Shown: in pieces, positions 15,921 through 28,400 of the stretch
Numbering within the stretch: position 1 is the first letter of the stretch
How the letters are laid out: each line of letters begins with the position of its first letter
From: the human T2T-CHM13v2.0 reference genome, Homo sapiens
Strand: one strand, 5' to 3'
DNA length: 64,000 nt
NCBI RefSeq assembly: GCF_009914755.1
Contig: NC_060934.1
The notes under the pieces: model-generated
Told to the model about the DNA's origin: nothing
The model's input: only the letters and a program-made list of their open reading frames with translations
Databases searched by the model: none
Translations under genes and position numbers: made by a program

Positions 15921-17580
15921 ACAGAAATTTGAAATGCAAGAAAGACCCAGACACCGAAGGCAGGGGCTGCCCCATGAGATCGCTCCTCATGGCACTGGAA
16001 ACAGCGAGTGGAAAGGGGGGGTCTCAGAACTCTGTTGAAGTAGAATATGAACTCAGTCTTGAAGGAACTTAAGGCTACGGATGCAGAACAGTGGGAGCAG
16101 ATGGAACTTTCTAGATGCCCCACGGGATGGGACTGTATATAGTGTGCCCCCTCATCCTCCTCCTGTAGAGGCTTGTGCAGATTATTTTTCTGTCTTTTGA
16201 AAAAAGCAAACTCTGAAATTCCACTTGTCTATAATCTAGAGTTCCAAAGTTGTGTTTAAGGTGGTATCCTCTCTAGGAAATAACGTTTTTGCTCACCCAT
16301 ACTCTAATTTTCTTTCAGAGCTGTCTATTCTGGGTTCATGACTCAGTGCGCATTACTTTAATCTTTTTGCTTATGTTTTCGTTTGAGTTTATGTACTAGG
16401 ACTTGTGCCCTCTAGCTAAAAATGAGAATAAACTTTGCATTCTGTTTACCTGTGTCAAAGCAAGAAAAATGATGACCAAATGTATTTTTCTATAAGTAAT
16501 CACCAGAATGTACGTATGGTAGGTGAATTCACCAAGATTGAAAGAGAGAAATGTCACCAAAGGTCTATCATAGCAGAATTGTAAAGTCCTCGTTTGCAAA
16601 GATTTTTTTAATATTTCAGACTCATTCTAAGTTGTCCTTGTCATTATTTTTGTCCTGTATGTCCTGCTTCCTGTGGTTGTAAGTTAACTTTGATCCACAT
16701 TAATACATGTGGACAATCCGAAGGAAAATAGGCTCTTCAGAAACTAATCTGCAATTTCATGAGCAATAGCAATATTATAAACTGGATTTTGACTTCCTTA
16801 AATAAAGCTGAATGTCCAGGAATCAGAAAACAAAAGATTCCTATGGTCTATCCTTTCCTTTATTTCCATACAGCCAATAAACCACCAAGTCTTCATTTTC
16901 TTAAAGAAAAATTTTCCTATCTCTGCTTCTTCTGTTTCCAAGCACTAGCTTTATCTGAACAATTCCAGGAGTTTGTCAGTAGCTTTCATTTTGATTCCTT
17001 CCATTTCAGTCTTTGCACTGCCCTCTTCTCCTTCTGGTGATCAATGTTCCTGACTGAATCAACACCTTCACTCCTTAGCATAGCATGCAGAGTCCTTTGT
17101 ACTTTGAACCCTGCCTACCTTCCAGTTTCCTCTACCTAGAATGCCATTTTTTTCAATAGTAGGAAAAATCCTATTTATCATGCGAAACCAAGCTTACTTC
17201 ATCCTGCTACAGAATTAAACAAATTCCTCTGTGCTACAATTACCACTTTTTTAGGTAGTATAATTCTCCTTTGATGTCAGACTTTGCCTGTTTATATATC
17301 TGTGTTCCCTACTATCTGCATGCTTGCTGAGATAGACATTATGTTGAGTACAGGTTTGTTGTATGGAATTGATAGGTTGGTGACAGCTTTTATCACATAA
17401 ACTAAGAGCAGCAGAAAAAGGAAAATTAGTACATTCAATCTTAAGCTTTTTTCCAAAGCCAGGATGGTTATGGTTCAAAGCTGACTTCAATCTTAATATG
17501 ATACATTATTCTTGTCATGAATTACAAGTGAGTTTTTTGCTTTACTTTTCTCTTTGAAGTAAATCAGAAAATATAGTTGG

Positions 17581-17925
17581 TGATATGGTTGGCTGTGTCC
17601 CCACCCAAATGTCATCTTGAATTGTGGCTCCCATAATTCCCACTTGTTGTGGGAGGGACCCCGTGGGAGATAACTGAATGGTGGGGGCAGTTTCCCCCAT
17701 ACTGTTCTCGTGGTAGTGAATAAGTCTTGGGAGATCTGATGGTTTTATAAGGGGAAGCGCCTTTCGCTTCGCTCTCATTCTCTCTTTCCTCTGCCTTGCT
17801 CTTCTGCCATGATTGTGAGGCCTCCCCAACCAACCACATGGAACTGTGAGTCCATTAAACCTTGTCTTTATAAATTACCCAGTATCAGGTATGTCTTTAT
17901 CAGCAGCGTGAAGATGGCTAATACA
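17581..17925 (+). mobile_element. THE1 (MaLR) solo LTR
   Basis: TGATATGG...CTAATACA termini; 5-bp TSD GTTGG at 17576-17580 and 17926-17930. Confidence 0.92.
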
Positions 17926-18566
17926 GTTGGAAATTTCCCACCAGTAATGATATGCAAGAACTCAATATTTAGGAGCATATTTCAAATCTGTTTTCAGAAT
18001 ATGAGCCAACGCACATTTGAAAGGTACATTTTAGAAAAAAGTAACTTAGGATACTAATTTTCTTGAGCACATTCATTTAGTAATGCCACAGTTTAGATGT
18101 TTTGACTATCTTAAGTAGATTGAGTTCTTACTATATATGCCCTGCCTTTTACACAGGAGTATACTTCCCAGCAAGGTGGTTATAGGAACTTAACTTCCTT
18201 CTCAGGACCACTTGAGTTGTACCTTCTCTCCTCCTTTCCCTCTCTTCTGGTCCTTGCAGGTCCCACAGTTGCCAGGAATTCCTTCTCACCCTGCCTCAAT
18301 ACAGGGCCTGCAATTTTAACAGAGTGGAAAAGAACAACCTTCCTATCTTTTTCTCCCAACTTCATTTATAGCTGCTTTCTACCTCATTTTAACTAGAACC
18401 TCTGTTCTAGTTAGAAACATTGTTAGACTGTATATCATTTTCAATACAACCTTTCTGAGGAAATGTAGAAATGCTGCAGAAGCTCTCGAACTAGAGCTGA
18501 ATCTGTGCCCGCATCCATGATTATCACCTGTATGACGCTTTCTTATCCTAAAACTCTTATGCAATA

Positions 18567-18606
18567 GTCGATGGCCATACCACCCTGAACATGCCCAATC
18601 TTGTCT
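18567..18606 (+). pseudogene. 5S rRNA 5' fragment, tailless retropseudogene
   Basis: GTCGATGGCCATACCACCCTGAACATGCCCAATCTTGTCT aligns to 5S nt 1-40, mostly CpG-decay differences; 17-bp TSD AAAACT(C/G)TTATGCAATA at 18550-18566 and 18607-18623. Confidence 0.9.
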
Positions 18607-19111
18607 AAAACTGTTATGCAATAAAGGGTTAACTCAGGAAGTCTGGGAGGTTCAAACCCTGCAGCTTCCAAAGAAGTTGGCTCTTGACCAGCTCTGGGAA
18701 GATGACCGCTAACCTATTGGAATGTCCTGCCTGATAAGAGTGTCTTTGTATACCTAGCTAGCTTATATCAACAGTGTGATTTATATAGTAAGGCCACACT
18801 TGAGACACACTCTGTCAGTTTGATCTCTGGAGCTCAATTTTAAATAATTATTTAAAATTAAATAAATAATACTCTATACCTATCTAGATACAAAGAAAGG
18901 TTTTTCAGGGTGAGGTAGGTGGGAATCACATAACCATATCTTGCTGCTAACTGTGGGCTTTATAACAGAGTTCCTTAACACTTCGGTTTCAGAACCCTTT
19001 TACACCTTTATAGCTTTCTAATTAAAAAATCAACAACATTGTTCTTGAGTCTGTAGTAACGTACACTAATAGGAATGAGTACTTAAAGAATGGATTGAAA
19101 AGATAACCACT

Positions 19112-19229
19112 GGGTCCCTCCCACAACAAGTGGGAATTATGGGAGCTACAATTCAAGATGACATTTGGGTGGGGACATAGCCAAACCATATCACCAACTA
19201 TATTTTATGGTTTATTTAAAAGGGAAAAA
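19112..19229 (-). repeat. Inverted copy of 17545-17661 (THE1 LTR 5' end plus unique flank)
   Basis: Reverse-complement similarity continues past the LTR end through the TSD into flanking DNA. Confidence 0.88.
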
Positions 19230-19713
19230 GGAAAAATCCACTCCAGCTTCAGGACACCTGGCTTAAAATAAACTTTCTTAATGGACCCATTTCGTAAAAA
19301 TGGTTTTATCCTGTTTCCTTGGGAACTTGGCAATAACTTAGAGGGTTTTAGAGTCTTAAAGGAAGGTCTGGGTGAATAAACTCTTTTTTTATGTTAACAA
19401 AGGAAAATAGCATCCAAGCTAAATCAGCTGTAGGATTTGTTATGTTTCGTTATGCATTCATGGCACTTGCACCTTCAGAAGAAGTAACTCATCAAAAATT
19501 CTGCATAATATGCTGTCAACTCATTTGTAATATTGCACGTTTCCTACAGAAATAATCCATCTTTGTGCAGAATGATAGAATTTTGAGGTAAGTTTATTAA
19601 CATCCCTTCAGGAATATGTTGTACTGTTGGGTTGCAGGTTAAGGGGAAGCCACAGAATCCTTTTTACCAGTTTTACTTTTGATAGCCGTGCTTTTGTATA
19701 CAACATACTATGA

Positions 19714-20195
19714 TGTAGTGTAAATACACCTGACAGCAATAACTTAAGCATACCCTTAGAATGACCCTCTATGGCAGATGTACCTGAATGTGTGTTCTGA
19801 GCTAGGGAATCCAGGGCATGGCCATCTTGGGGATTCGTTTCTTATCTATGATAAACATCTGATGCCCCAGACTTTCCCGTAGAACTTGGGCAGCACAGGA
19901 GATTGAGGCCCTGAGTTTTGAGTTAGATGAAGGTTGCCAGGTAGAGGTCATTATGGGGAGATTGTTAAGTGAAAATGCTATATAAACTGCATGCTCTTTG
20001 CAGGCAGTTGTAGTTTTCATGCCCAGCCCCTGCCACTGGGCTGTGCAATTATGTTGTCTAGTCTGCCGCCACTGGACTCTCCCATTTGTAAGCCCCTAAT
20101 AAAACCCATGTCTCGTTTGCTGGCTCTCGGTTTCTTCTTTAGCTTCTTGAACCTGATGCCTTCTCTAGTGAGGTTAATGGGGCTTCTGCACAACA
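19714..20195 (+). mobile_element. LTR47-like (ERVL) solo LTR
   Basis: TG...CA termini; TSD TATGA at 19709-19713 and 20196-20200; TATATAAA near 19979; AATAAA at 20098. Confidence 0.85.
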
Positions 20196-21256
20196 TATGA
20201 ACAGCCAAATGTAAGTTTTATTAATTTTTAATTATATTTTTCTTTACTTATTGTGGACATTTTACTTTCCTCACTTTCTCTCTTCAAATCAAGTATGAGC
20301 TTTTTAAATAGCAGCAGCTGTCTTTAGTTACATGTGAATCCCCAGCATTTAATGCATTGTCTGGTACACAAATATAAAGTGAATATTGAATAAGTAACAG
20401 CCTTAAAATACAAGGCCCTCTTATTAAACTGTTAAATTGTTTATAATTACTTTATAAATTATAATAATTTATAATTATACATTTATCTTTATAATTACTT
20501 TAAACATATAACAGTGGTAGGAAGTAAGAACACAGTGAGGAAGACCAGTGGAAATCTGTGGGAACTGCTTTTTTCCAAAGTTGTGTTGAAAGCTTCAGAA
20601 ACCAAGGAATTGAAACCTATTTCATCATTGTTTCTAAATAGCAGGGATTGATAATATGCAGATCCTCCATTAGCAGAGATGGATCTTGTAGCTTTGTTCT
20701 TTCCTCAGACATTTTGGTGGTTCTTAGGGTTACTGAGATTGATGATTCTTCTAGGTCTACCCGCTTTCAGCGGATTTCATAATTGCTTTTAACCTCACAA
20801 TACCAGGAACAGAGTAATCTTGGGGAAATAAACACTAGATATTGTCAGATTAGTTAAAGATATAGTAATGTTTGAGTATCTGGCTCACATTTTAGGATAC
20901 CTTTATTACGTTTTTATAAAAATTCAATAAGAAGATCAGACTGGTGACTTGAAAATGACATTGATGTTGAGTTTTAAAAAAAAGGAGCCAATTGGCTTAT
21001 AAATTTTATATGGACCTGTATTTTGTAGGAGGAGTTGTTGAAATGGGTGTAAACAATACCTCACTGGAGAGTAAAATAGGAAAGTTCATTTTCACAGGCC
21101 CGTGAATTTTTGGCGGCCAAGGGGACAAACATTTATTAAATGTCTACTAAGGTATAAATAACATGTTTTAGACCATCTCAGCAACTAGAAGTGAGATTTT
21201 TGCAGAGGTTGTGAATAAGTCGTGCTGGCAAAGCAAAGGTGAAACAGTTCGAGGTA

Positions 21257-21587
<331 letters not shown>

Positions 21588-22719
21588 TAACTAGAGTTTC
21601 AGAAAGCTTAGCTCTATAAATTAGTAAAGAAGGGAAAAGATGGGCAAAAGTAGTGAGGGGTGGAGTTTTACTTGCCATTGCTGTGATTAAGAAAATCTGG
21701 GCTTCGGCAGCTAGACTGTTAGCAATTTCTGTTACCAATTACAGAACCCAATTGCTGAGTTGGTAGAATACTATGAAAGAAACTAGAGGAGAAAGCCTTC
21801 TTCTAAAGATACTGGGGATGGCAGAGGTGGAATCTCAGATTTTCTAAGATGTCTGAGTGTCCTTTTGAGGATGTCATTCATTATAGATATCAGGGTATTT
21901 AGACTCAGAGTTGTCTGTCACCTTGCTGTTTCTGCTCACTTATTCCCGGATGAATACAATTCCCCTTAAGGACAATTAACATGTTTGGAACAGGAATCTG
22001 GATCAAAGTGAATTGAAAGCTGTCTTAGGAACAGCATGGGAAAATTTAGCTGAGGCTGAAATTGGAAGTAGGTGCTGGGTACTTCCTGCAGCGTATGCGG
22101 TAGTCAGAAGACCTAATAGGTAAGGCAAGAACCTCATGCATTGCCCAGGGCTCTAAGTGACAGCACTGAAAGAACAGCCAGTAAGGTGAGGTGGGTCAAG
22201 TAGCCCTACCCTGAGTTCAAAGCAGAATGACTATTCCAGCATGAAGCATTACTACCAACATCATTGCTTCTCTGAGGATCAGAAGGGACAGAGTGATGAC
22301 AACTGAAGCTGAACTTATTCAGTGACAATGCCTATGTGACTTAACCAATCTAATATAATTGTGATTTAAATCAACTTTAACAACAAATCTTTAATAGGAG
22401 TGATCTGTGCCCCTTCAGGTTATATGTTTGTATGTGAGGAAAGTTGGCCTCATCTCCACTGGGGATGAGGATTGCTTTTTGGCTCATTTATTGCCCCCTA
22501 TAATTAATGGCAATGACACCAAAGACCAGGTTAGTCCAAACATGAGTACTTGTACCCAACAGAGTGATAAAAGTTTGAATCCCTTTTCTCTGCAAAGTTC
22601 CTTAGCATACTCAATTTTTTCCTTAAAGCAGCTGAGGTTTAGGTAAAGGGAGAGGCAAAAGGCTGCACAAAGGGGCAGAGTCACTCAGTGCCAGGAAGCA
22701 AGATTTACTTTAAGATTCA

Positions 22720-23006
22720 GGCTGGGCATGGTGGCTCATACCTGTAGTTCCATCACTTTGGGAGGCTGAGCCAGGCAGATTGCTTGAACCCAGGAGTTGG
22801 AGACCAGCCTGTGCAACATGGTGAAACCTCATCTCTCCAAAAATACAAAAATTAGCCGGCATGGTGGTGTGTGCCTGTGGTCCCAGCTAGGAGGATCTCT
22901 TAAGCCCAGGTGGAGGTTGTGGTAAGCCAAGATCGTTCCACAGCACTTCAGCCTGAGTGACACAGTGAAACCGTGTCTGAAAAAAAAAAAAAAAAAAAAA
23001 AAAAAA
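22720..23006 (+). mobile_element. AluJ
   Basis: Dimer with long A-tail. Confidence 0.9.
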
Positions 23007-23459
23007 GCAGCAAGCAACTGCCTGCTCAGGCACACAAAATGAACTGCTTTACCTCTGCCCAAGCTGTATATCTTCATTGATAACACCACTTATTTGAGCT
23101 TTGGGCACTCCATGGCACAGTAGCCACAACCACATTGCCTATCAGCTGGGGTAAATAGGGATTGCTGTCCCTTTGTCCTGATAACATTCCTTCCTCTTCC
23201 CACTCAAAGAAGCAACAACCAAGTTGCCATTTAGGCACCTTGTTTCAATCCTGCCTCTTACCACTCAGCCAATATAAATTTAACAGATAGCATGCTGGTG
23301 GACTTTTACCCTTCACCTACCTACGACTTGGACAAAAGCATTTGCTTCTAGGTCTTGGGTAGTTTTGAATCTTCTAGCTTGGCCCTCAGGACCTTTTGTT
23401 CTTTCTTTTCTAGAAAGCAACTGCATTCTGTCTTCATCATCATCATCACCAAAACTGTC

Positions 23460-23970
23460 ATGAACTATATAAGCTCTGAGATTTTACCCTATATACTTAG
23501 CTTACTCACAAGCTAATCAGCTAGAAGCTGTTACTCTTTCATGATTAGTGGCAGAAGATAAAAGACTCCTGGGTCAGAGACTAAGGACTTTATTACTCAC
23601 AGCAAAGCAATAACCACAGCTTCATGTCGGCTTTTTCTATTTCCCATTCCTTTACTCCCACAGTGATGACACACGGGGCCAGTGATGGGTACCTATACAC
23701 TCAGGGAGTTGTACTGCAAAACAGGAACACTGTTTTTTTGCAAGATCCACTGCGTTTGTAGCAAACAGAAGCAAGCTTGCTTTCTGTCTGGAGGAAGACA
23801 TGATTTCATTTCTGAAAATTGCTCACTGCACTTCATCTTTCAAGATTGCTGATTGAAACATAATCCTAAGAAATAACTTAGGTAAAGAGCAGTCAGCATT
23901 TTATTATTGCCATACTATGGGCAAAGGGACACTAAGGGCAAAGGGACACCAAGGGCACATGGAAAATTGC
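23460..23970 (-). mobile_element. Ancient ERVL-type LTR (MER76-like)
   Basis: GCTCTGAGATTTTACCC...CTCCTGGGTCAGAGAC...GACTTTATTACTCACAGC recalled as MER76-like; AATAAA on minus; adjacent gag-like remnant. Confidence 0.45.
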
Positions 23971-24375
23971 TTCAATCAGCAGGTATAATCTTTAATGGAG
24001 GGGAATTTGGCAATATCTAACAAAACTACATATGCATTGGCCTTTTGACTCTGCTCCTATTTCTTAAGATTTTAACCTGAAGATATGGGTTAAGTAATAC
24101 AGAAATATAAACACTCAATATTTTTTATTTCAGAATCATTTTAAAATGTTGGAAACCTAAATGTCCAGACATAGGAGAGTGGTTGAATTAAATATTGTAC
24201 GTCCACACAATAGAGTACTATGCTGCCACAAAAAAGAATGAAGATTTCTATGAAGTGATACAGAGTGATTTTCAGGATATACTTTATGAAGGGGAAAAAA
24301 AAGTAAAGTGAAAAAAATTTATGTAATGCTACCTTTGTATAAAAAGGAAAGGGAAGGTTAAATACACATGCCTAT

Positions 24376-24672
24376 TTTGTTTTGTTTTTGAGATAGGATC
24401 TCGCTCTGTTGCCAAGGCTGGAGTGCAGTGGCACAATCACAGCTCATTGCAGCCTTGACTTTCAGGCTCAAGTGATCCTCCCACTTTAGCCTCCCAAGTT
24501 GCTGGGACTACAGGGATGTACCGTCATGTCTATATATTTAAAAAAAAAATTGTAGAGACAGGGGTCTTGCTGTGATTTCAGAGTTGGTCTCAAACTCTTG
24601 GGCTCAACCAGTCCTCCTGCTTTGACCTCCCAAAGTGCTGTGATTATAGGTGTGAGTCACCACACCTGGCCT
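24376..24672 (-). mobile_element. AluJ inside an old L1M fragment (~23990-24830)
   Basis: TSD CACATGCCTAT at 24365-24375 and 24673-24683. Confidence 0.88.
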
Positions 24673-25472
24673 CACATGCCTATATTTGCAAAAAGAAATA
24701 CAGGAAAGAAATGAAAATCAAATGTGATTGGTTACCTACAAGAATTGGGTAGGAATGGCACAGATAAGATGGAAGGTAACCATGTTAATGTTTTGTGTAC
24801 TCAAATATAATAAAAATCAACAAATATAAGGAGAAAAAATAGCCCAGGGAACTTCTGAAGGCACTGTTTTGAGCATCAAGCCATGCATGCATGGGGGAGA
24901 CATTTCAGCCAAAATAAATTAACTGAAATTTGAACAACTGCTCATTGCAGGTAAGACAGAGTGAGTTTTTAGTTTTATTTCTGCCAGGTTAACTGTTATC
25001 TTTAAAAAAAAAAATCAATTTAAAAAGTCCAGAATCTCTACAGCATATCATCCACAATGTTGAGAACATAATCCAAAATTACTTGGTACACAAAATGCAA
25101 GAAAATGTGGCCCATTCTTAAGCAAAAAGACAATCAATGGAGAAAAGTGAGAAGACAAGGGCTGTGGTTTGAATGTGTTCCCCAAAGTTCATGTGTTGAA
25201 AACATGATCCCCAATGTGACACTATTAAGAGATGGGGTCTTTAAGATATGATTCGTGAGGCAGATCCCTCATGAATGAATTAATGTTATTATTGCAAGAG
25301 TGAGCTATCACAGGAATGGGCTCCTACTGAAAGAATGTTTGGCCCACTATTCTCTGTCTCACATGTTTGCTTCCTCCTTCTGCCATAGGATTACCCTCTC
25401 CAGATGCTGGTGCCATGCTCTTGGACTTCCCAGCCTCCTAGAACTGTGAGAAAAAAAATTTAAAGAATTAAC

Positions 25473-28400
25473 AGGAGGTGGCCAAGATGGTCAACTAGAA
25501 GTAGCTAGTGTTTGTGGCTCTCACAGAAACAAATGGAAGGAGAGAGTAAATAACAGCACCTTCAACTGAAACATGCCGGTAGTCACTTTGGGAATAATCA
25601 AGGAAACAACCCACAAAGAACAGAGAAAAGCAAGGCAGGAAAATGGCCCATCTGGAAGCAGCACAGAGCCAAGGGAGCCTCCCCTGCCCAGGGAAGTGGT
25701 GAATGAGTGTGTCACCCCGGGAACCCACACTTCTCTCACAGATCTTTGCAACCCTTGGGTTGGGAGATCCTGTCGTGAACCCATTTCACCAGGGCTTTCA
25801 GTCTGACTGACACACAGAGCTACAGGGAGTCTCAGCAGAGGCCCCACAAAGGGACACATGGAGACTTGGGAGCCTTAGATACTAGATGGCTTTCTGGGCA
25901 TCCCAGCAAAAGCAGATGCAACTCCAGCAAACTGGGAGATGAGACACCCCACCCCGTACATACCCCTAGGAAAGAGGCTGAATCCAGAGGGCTGAGCAGC
26001 AACAGTCTACAGGCCCCACTTCCAAGGCACCTCACAGGATAAGACCCACTGGCTTGGAATTCCAGCCAGCCACCGGTAGCCAAGTTGGAGCTCCTGGGGG
26101 AGGGGAAGGGCACCATCTTTGCTGTTTGGGCAACTTAACCATACCAGCCTTTGGGCTTTGGAAAGTCCAAGCCAACCAGGGGTGGAAGGGATTCCCCAGC
26201 ATAGCACAGCTGCTCTACAAAAACATGGCCAGACTTTTTGCAAAGATCTGTGAGAGAAGTGTGGGTTTCCAATCCTGTTTCTCCTTTCTGGGTGGGACCT
26301 CCCAGCTGGGGTCTCCAGCCACCCCTGCCAGTCAGAGTTTTGAAACCTCCCTGGGACTAAGCTTCCAGAAGGAAGGGCAAGCTGCCATCTTTGCTGTTTA
26401 GGTGACTTAGCCATTCCAGCCTTCATGCCAACCACAGGGTAGAAGCGGTACCCAAGCAGAGCACAGCTGCTGTATGAAAATGTGGCCAGACTGCTTCTTT
26501 AAGTAGGTCTCTGATTCTGTTCTTCCTCATGGGGCAGGACCTCCCAACTGGGGCCTCCAGCCACCCCTGCTGGCGTTCTCTGGCCATGAACACCTGCAGG
26601 GAGACAGGCACCCCCATATCCACTAGCACTCTGCTGCAGCTGCCACGCCACAGCACTTCCCAGCACAGTGGACCGTAAACCACGAGGAGCCACGGGACAA
26701 TGGCAGGGTTCAATATGAGTCCCCCAGAGTTAGAGAACGCAGTCCAGGAGTTGGAATCTGAGCTTTGGCCCCCTAAAATCTCTCAAAAATGAAGCCAGTT
26801 GACAGAATTCACCTTATACCACAATCAAACCCTCAAGGTCATCAAATAGGATAAAACAAACAAACAAAAAAACCAAAGGTCAGCAACCTCAAAGATTGAA
26901 GATCAGCGCAAGAATGATGAAAACTCAAAAAGCCAGAGTGCCTTCTTCCCTCCAAAGGACTGCATCACCTCCAGTAAAGGTTCAGAACTGGGCTGAAGCT
27001 GAGAAGGCTGAAATGACAGAAGTAGAATTCAGAGTATGGATAGGTACAGAGTTCATTGAACTACAGGTATATGTTGTAACCCAATACAAGGAAGCTAAAA
27101 ATCATAATAAAACATTGTAGGAGCTGACAGACAAAATAGCCAGTATAGAGAAGAACATAACTTAGCTGATAGAGCTGAAAAACACATTACAAGAATTTCA
27201 TAATGCAGTCACAAATATTAATAGTAGAATAGACCAAGCAGAGGAAAGAATCTCAGAGCTTAGGGACTAGCTTTATGAAATAAGGCAGACAAGAATAGAG
27301 AAAAAAGAATAAAAAGGAAATGACAAAACCTTCAAAAAATATGGGATTATGGAAAGAGACCAAATCTATAACCAATTGGTGCACCTGAAAGAGATATGAA
27401 TAAAACCAACTTGGAAAACATATTTCAGGATGGCATTCATGAGGACTTCCTTAACCTAGCTAGAGAGGCCAACATTCAAATTCAGGAAATGCAGAGAAGC
27501 CCCAGTAAGATACTTCACAAGAAGATCATCCCAAGGACATATAATCATCAGATTCTCCAAGGTCAAGATGAAAGAAAAAATGTTAAAGGCAGAGAAGAAA
27601 GGCCAGGTCACATATGAAGGGAAGCCCATCTTACTAATGGTGGACTTCTCAACTGAAACCCTACAACCCAGAAGATATTGGGGGCCAATATTCAACATTC
27701 TTAAATGCCAACCCAGAATTTCATATCTGGCCAAACTAAGTTTCATAAGCAAAGGAGAAATAAGATCCTTTTCAGACAAGCAAATGCTCAGGGAATTTGT
27801 TACCACCAGACCTGCCTTACAAGAGCTCCTAAAGGAAGCACTAAATATTGAAAGGAAAGACTATTTACCAGCCACTTCAAAAACATGCTGAAGTACACAG
27901 ACCAGTGACACTATAAAGGAGCCACATGTAAAAAGTCTGCAAAATATCCAGCTAACATCATGATGACAAGATGAAGTCCACACATATCAACACTAACCTT
28001 AAATGTAAATTGACTAAATGCCCCCAATTAAAGGACACAGAGTGGCAAGCTGGATAAAGAGCCAAGACCCACTGGTATGCTGACTTCAAGATACCCATCT
28101 CACATGCAGTGACACACACAGGCTCAAAATAAAGGGATGAAGAAAAATCTACCAGGCAAATGCAAAACAGGAAAAAGCAGGGGTTTCAATCCTAGTTTCT
28201 GACAAAACAGACTTTAAACCAACAAAGATTAAAAAAAAAGAGAAGGGCATTATATAATGTTAAAGGGTTCAATATAACAAGGAGACCTAACTATCTGAAA
28301 TACATATGCACCCAACACAGAAGCACCCAGATTCATAAAGCAAGTTCTTGGAGGCCTTCAAAGAGACATAGACTCCCACACAATAATAGTGGGAGACTTT

